NCBI GenBank assembly: GCA_963796965.1
Contig: CAWCNS010000006.1
Span: 481,179 to 545,178, forward strand
Direction: 5' to 3'
DNA: 64,000 bases
DNA from: Calditrichia bacterium
GTDB lineage: Bacteria > Calditrichota > Calditrichia > JAJRVZ01
Shown: positions 62,794-64,000 of the stretch, in pieces
How positions within the stretch are numbered: the stretch's first letter is position 1
Layout: every line of letters starts with the position of its first letter
Position numbers and translations under genes: made by a program
Notes under the pieces: model-generated
Told to the model about the DNA's origin: nothing
Seen by the model: the letters and a program-made list of their open reading frames with translations, nothing else
Databases searched by the model: none

Positions 62794-62891
62794 ACACACA
62801 TAGTTCACAAAGATTGCAAAAAATTACTCAAAGTAAACTTATATATATAAAAACTTCGTGTTCTTTGTGATTGCTTTGTGTACTTTGTGTT
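62794..62891. repeat. 9-mer-unit inverted-repeat element
   Basis: ACACACATAGTTCACAAAG ... CTTCGTGTT CTTTGTGATTG CTTTGTGTA CTTTGTGT, starting 8 nt after the citF stop. Confidence 0.7.
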
Positions 62892-62920
62892 TAAAGGCAT
62901 TGACAATTATTGAGAAAATT

Positions 62921-64000
62921 ATGAAGAAAAATACCCCCATTGATTATGACGTTGTAACAGAAAAAATCAAAGAATCTCATTTATCTAGTGTCAGTAAAGC
63001 CTCTATCAGGGAGATCAAGAAACTTGTGGATATGATAGAGAGGGATACGGGAGAGAAATATATCCGTATGGAAATGGGAATTCCCGGATTACCTTCGGCT
63101 CAGGTTGGTGTAGACGCTGAAATCATTGCTCTTAACAAAGGGGTGGCGGCGATATATCCTGATATACATGGCATTCTCCCACTAAAAAAAGAAATCAGTC
63201 GATTTGTAAAAAACTTTATCGATATTGATGTTAAAGAAGATGGATGTATTCCAACGGTGGGATCAACGCAGGGCAGTTTTGCTGTATTTACTACAGCCAA
63301 TCGAATGTTTCCTGAAAAAGATACTACTCTATTCCTGGATCCGGGATTTCCGGTTCATAAGCAACAACTTAATGTTCTTGGCCAGAAATGGGAGTCATTT
63401 GATGTTTATGATTACCGGGGCGATAAACTCTATGCCAAATTAGAATCATATCTTAAAAAAGGACATATCTCCTGTTTGCTCTATTCGAATCCTAATAATC
63501 CATCTTGGATTTGTTTCACTGAGAAGGAGTTAAGGATCATTGGAGAACTGGCAAGCAAATATGATGTTATTGTTATAGAAGATCTTGCTTATATCCTGAT
63601 GGATTTTAGAAAGGACCTATCAGAGCCAGGTGTTCCACCCTACCAGGCTTCAGTGGCCCGCTATACGGATAATTATATTTTGTTAATTTCCAGTTCAAAA
63701 GCTTTTAGCTGATGCCGGACAAAGAATTGGAATGATGGTAATCTCAGATGCTCTTTTTAAAAGGCATGCACAGGGGCTTAGACGCTACTATAAAAGCGAC
63801 CAGTTTGGTTATGCAATGATTTTTGGAACGATATATGCCTTAAGTGCCGGAATATCACATTCTTCGCAATATGGGCTAACTGCAATTTTGAAAGCGGCTA
63901 ATGACGGTACGTTTAACTTTGTAAATGATGTAAAAGAGTATGGTGAAAAAGCAAAAGTAATGAAAGGGCTTTTTACAGAAAATGGCTTTAATATTGTCTA
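62921..64000 (+). CDS. Class I/II PLP-dependent aminotransferase; frameshift near 63711; runs off the window end
   Basis: RMEMGIPG, SNPNNPS, IEDLAY, SSSKAFS. Removing one G gives SKAFSYAGQRIG, open to the window end. Confidence 0.85.

Noticed and set aside
63700..63720. TGA as selenocysteine or recoded stop (also 7092 and 21659)
   Set aside because: The conserved continuation lies in another frame in each case, so these are indels rather than readthrough.

Overview
AT-rich bacterial chromosomal window. Gene content and order (DUF4292-TPR-PBP1A-EnvC, PorV-like barrel, DUF4295-like gene with rpmB/rpmG) suggest an FCB-related lineage such as Calditrichota, KSB1 or Marinimicrobia; this is an inference. 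About 13 genes carry single-base indels, probably long-read consensus errors rather than true pseudogenes. Housekeeping content: class II B12-dependent ribonucleotide reductase (nrdJ), pckA, pgm, envelope genes, rpmB/rpmG, transporters and hydrolases. Three regions stand out. (1) 55.8-62.8 kb: a TrmB-type regulator operon encoding a citrate-synthase-fold citryl-CoA lyase-like protein, an HD hydrolase, a homoisocitrate-dehydrogenase-like enzyme and an MmgE/PrpD protein, divergent from a lone citF with no citD/E/C/G/X in the window. This is a candidate ACP- and ATP-independent tricarboxylate pathway. (2) 33-42.7 kb: three different Feo systems in tandem with three DtxR-family proteins, including a membrane-anchored DtxR-FeoA-FeoA fusion, a naturally split FeoB and a DtxR with a 4-Cys tail. 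(3) Dispersed intergenic inverted-repeat elements built from 9-mer or 7-mer units, several starting right after stop codons; one still encloses an internally deleted GxxExxY nuclease-family gene. No rRNA, tRNA, CRISPR array, IS or prophage was recognised.
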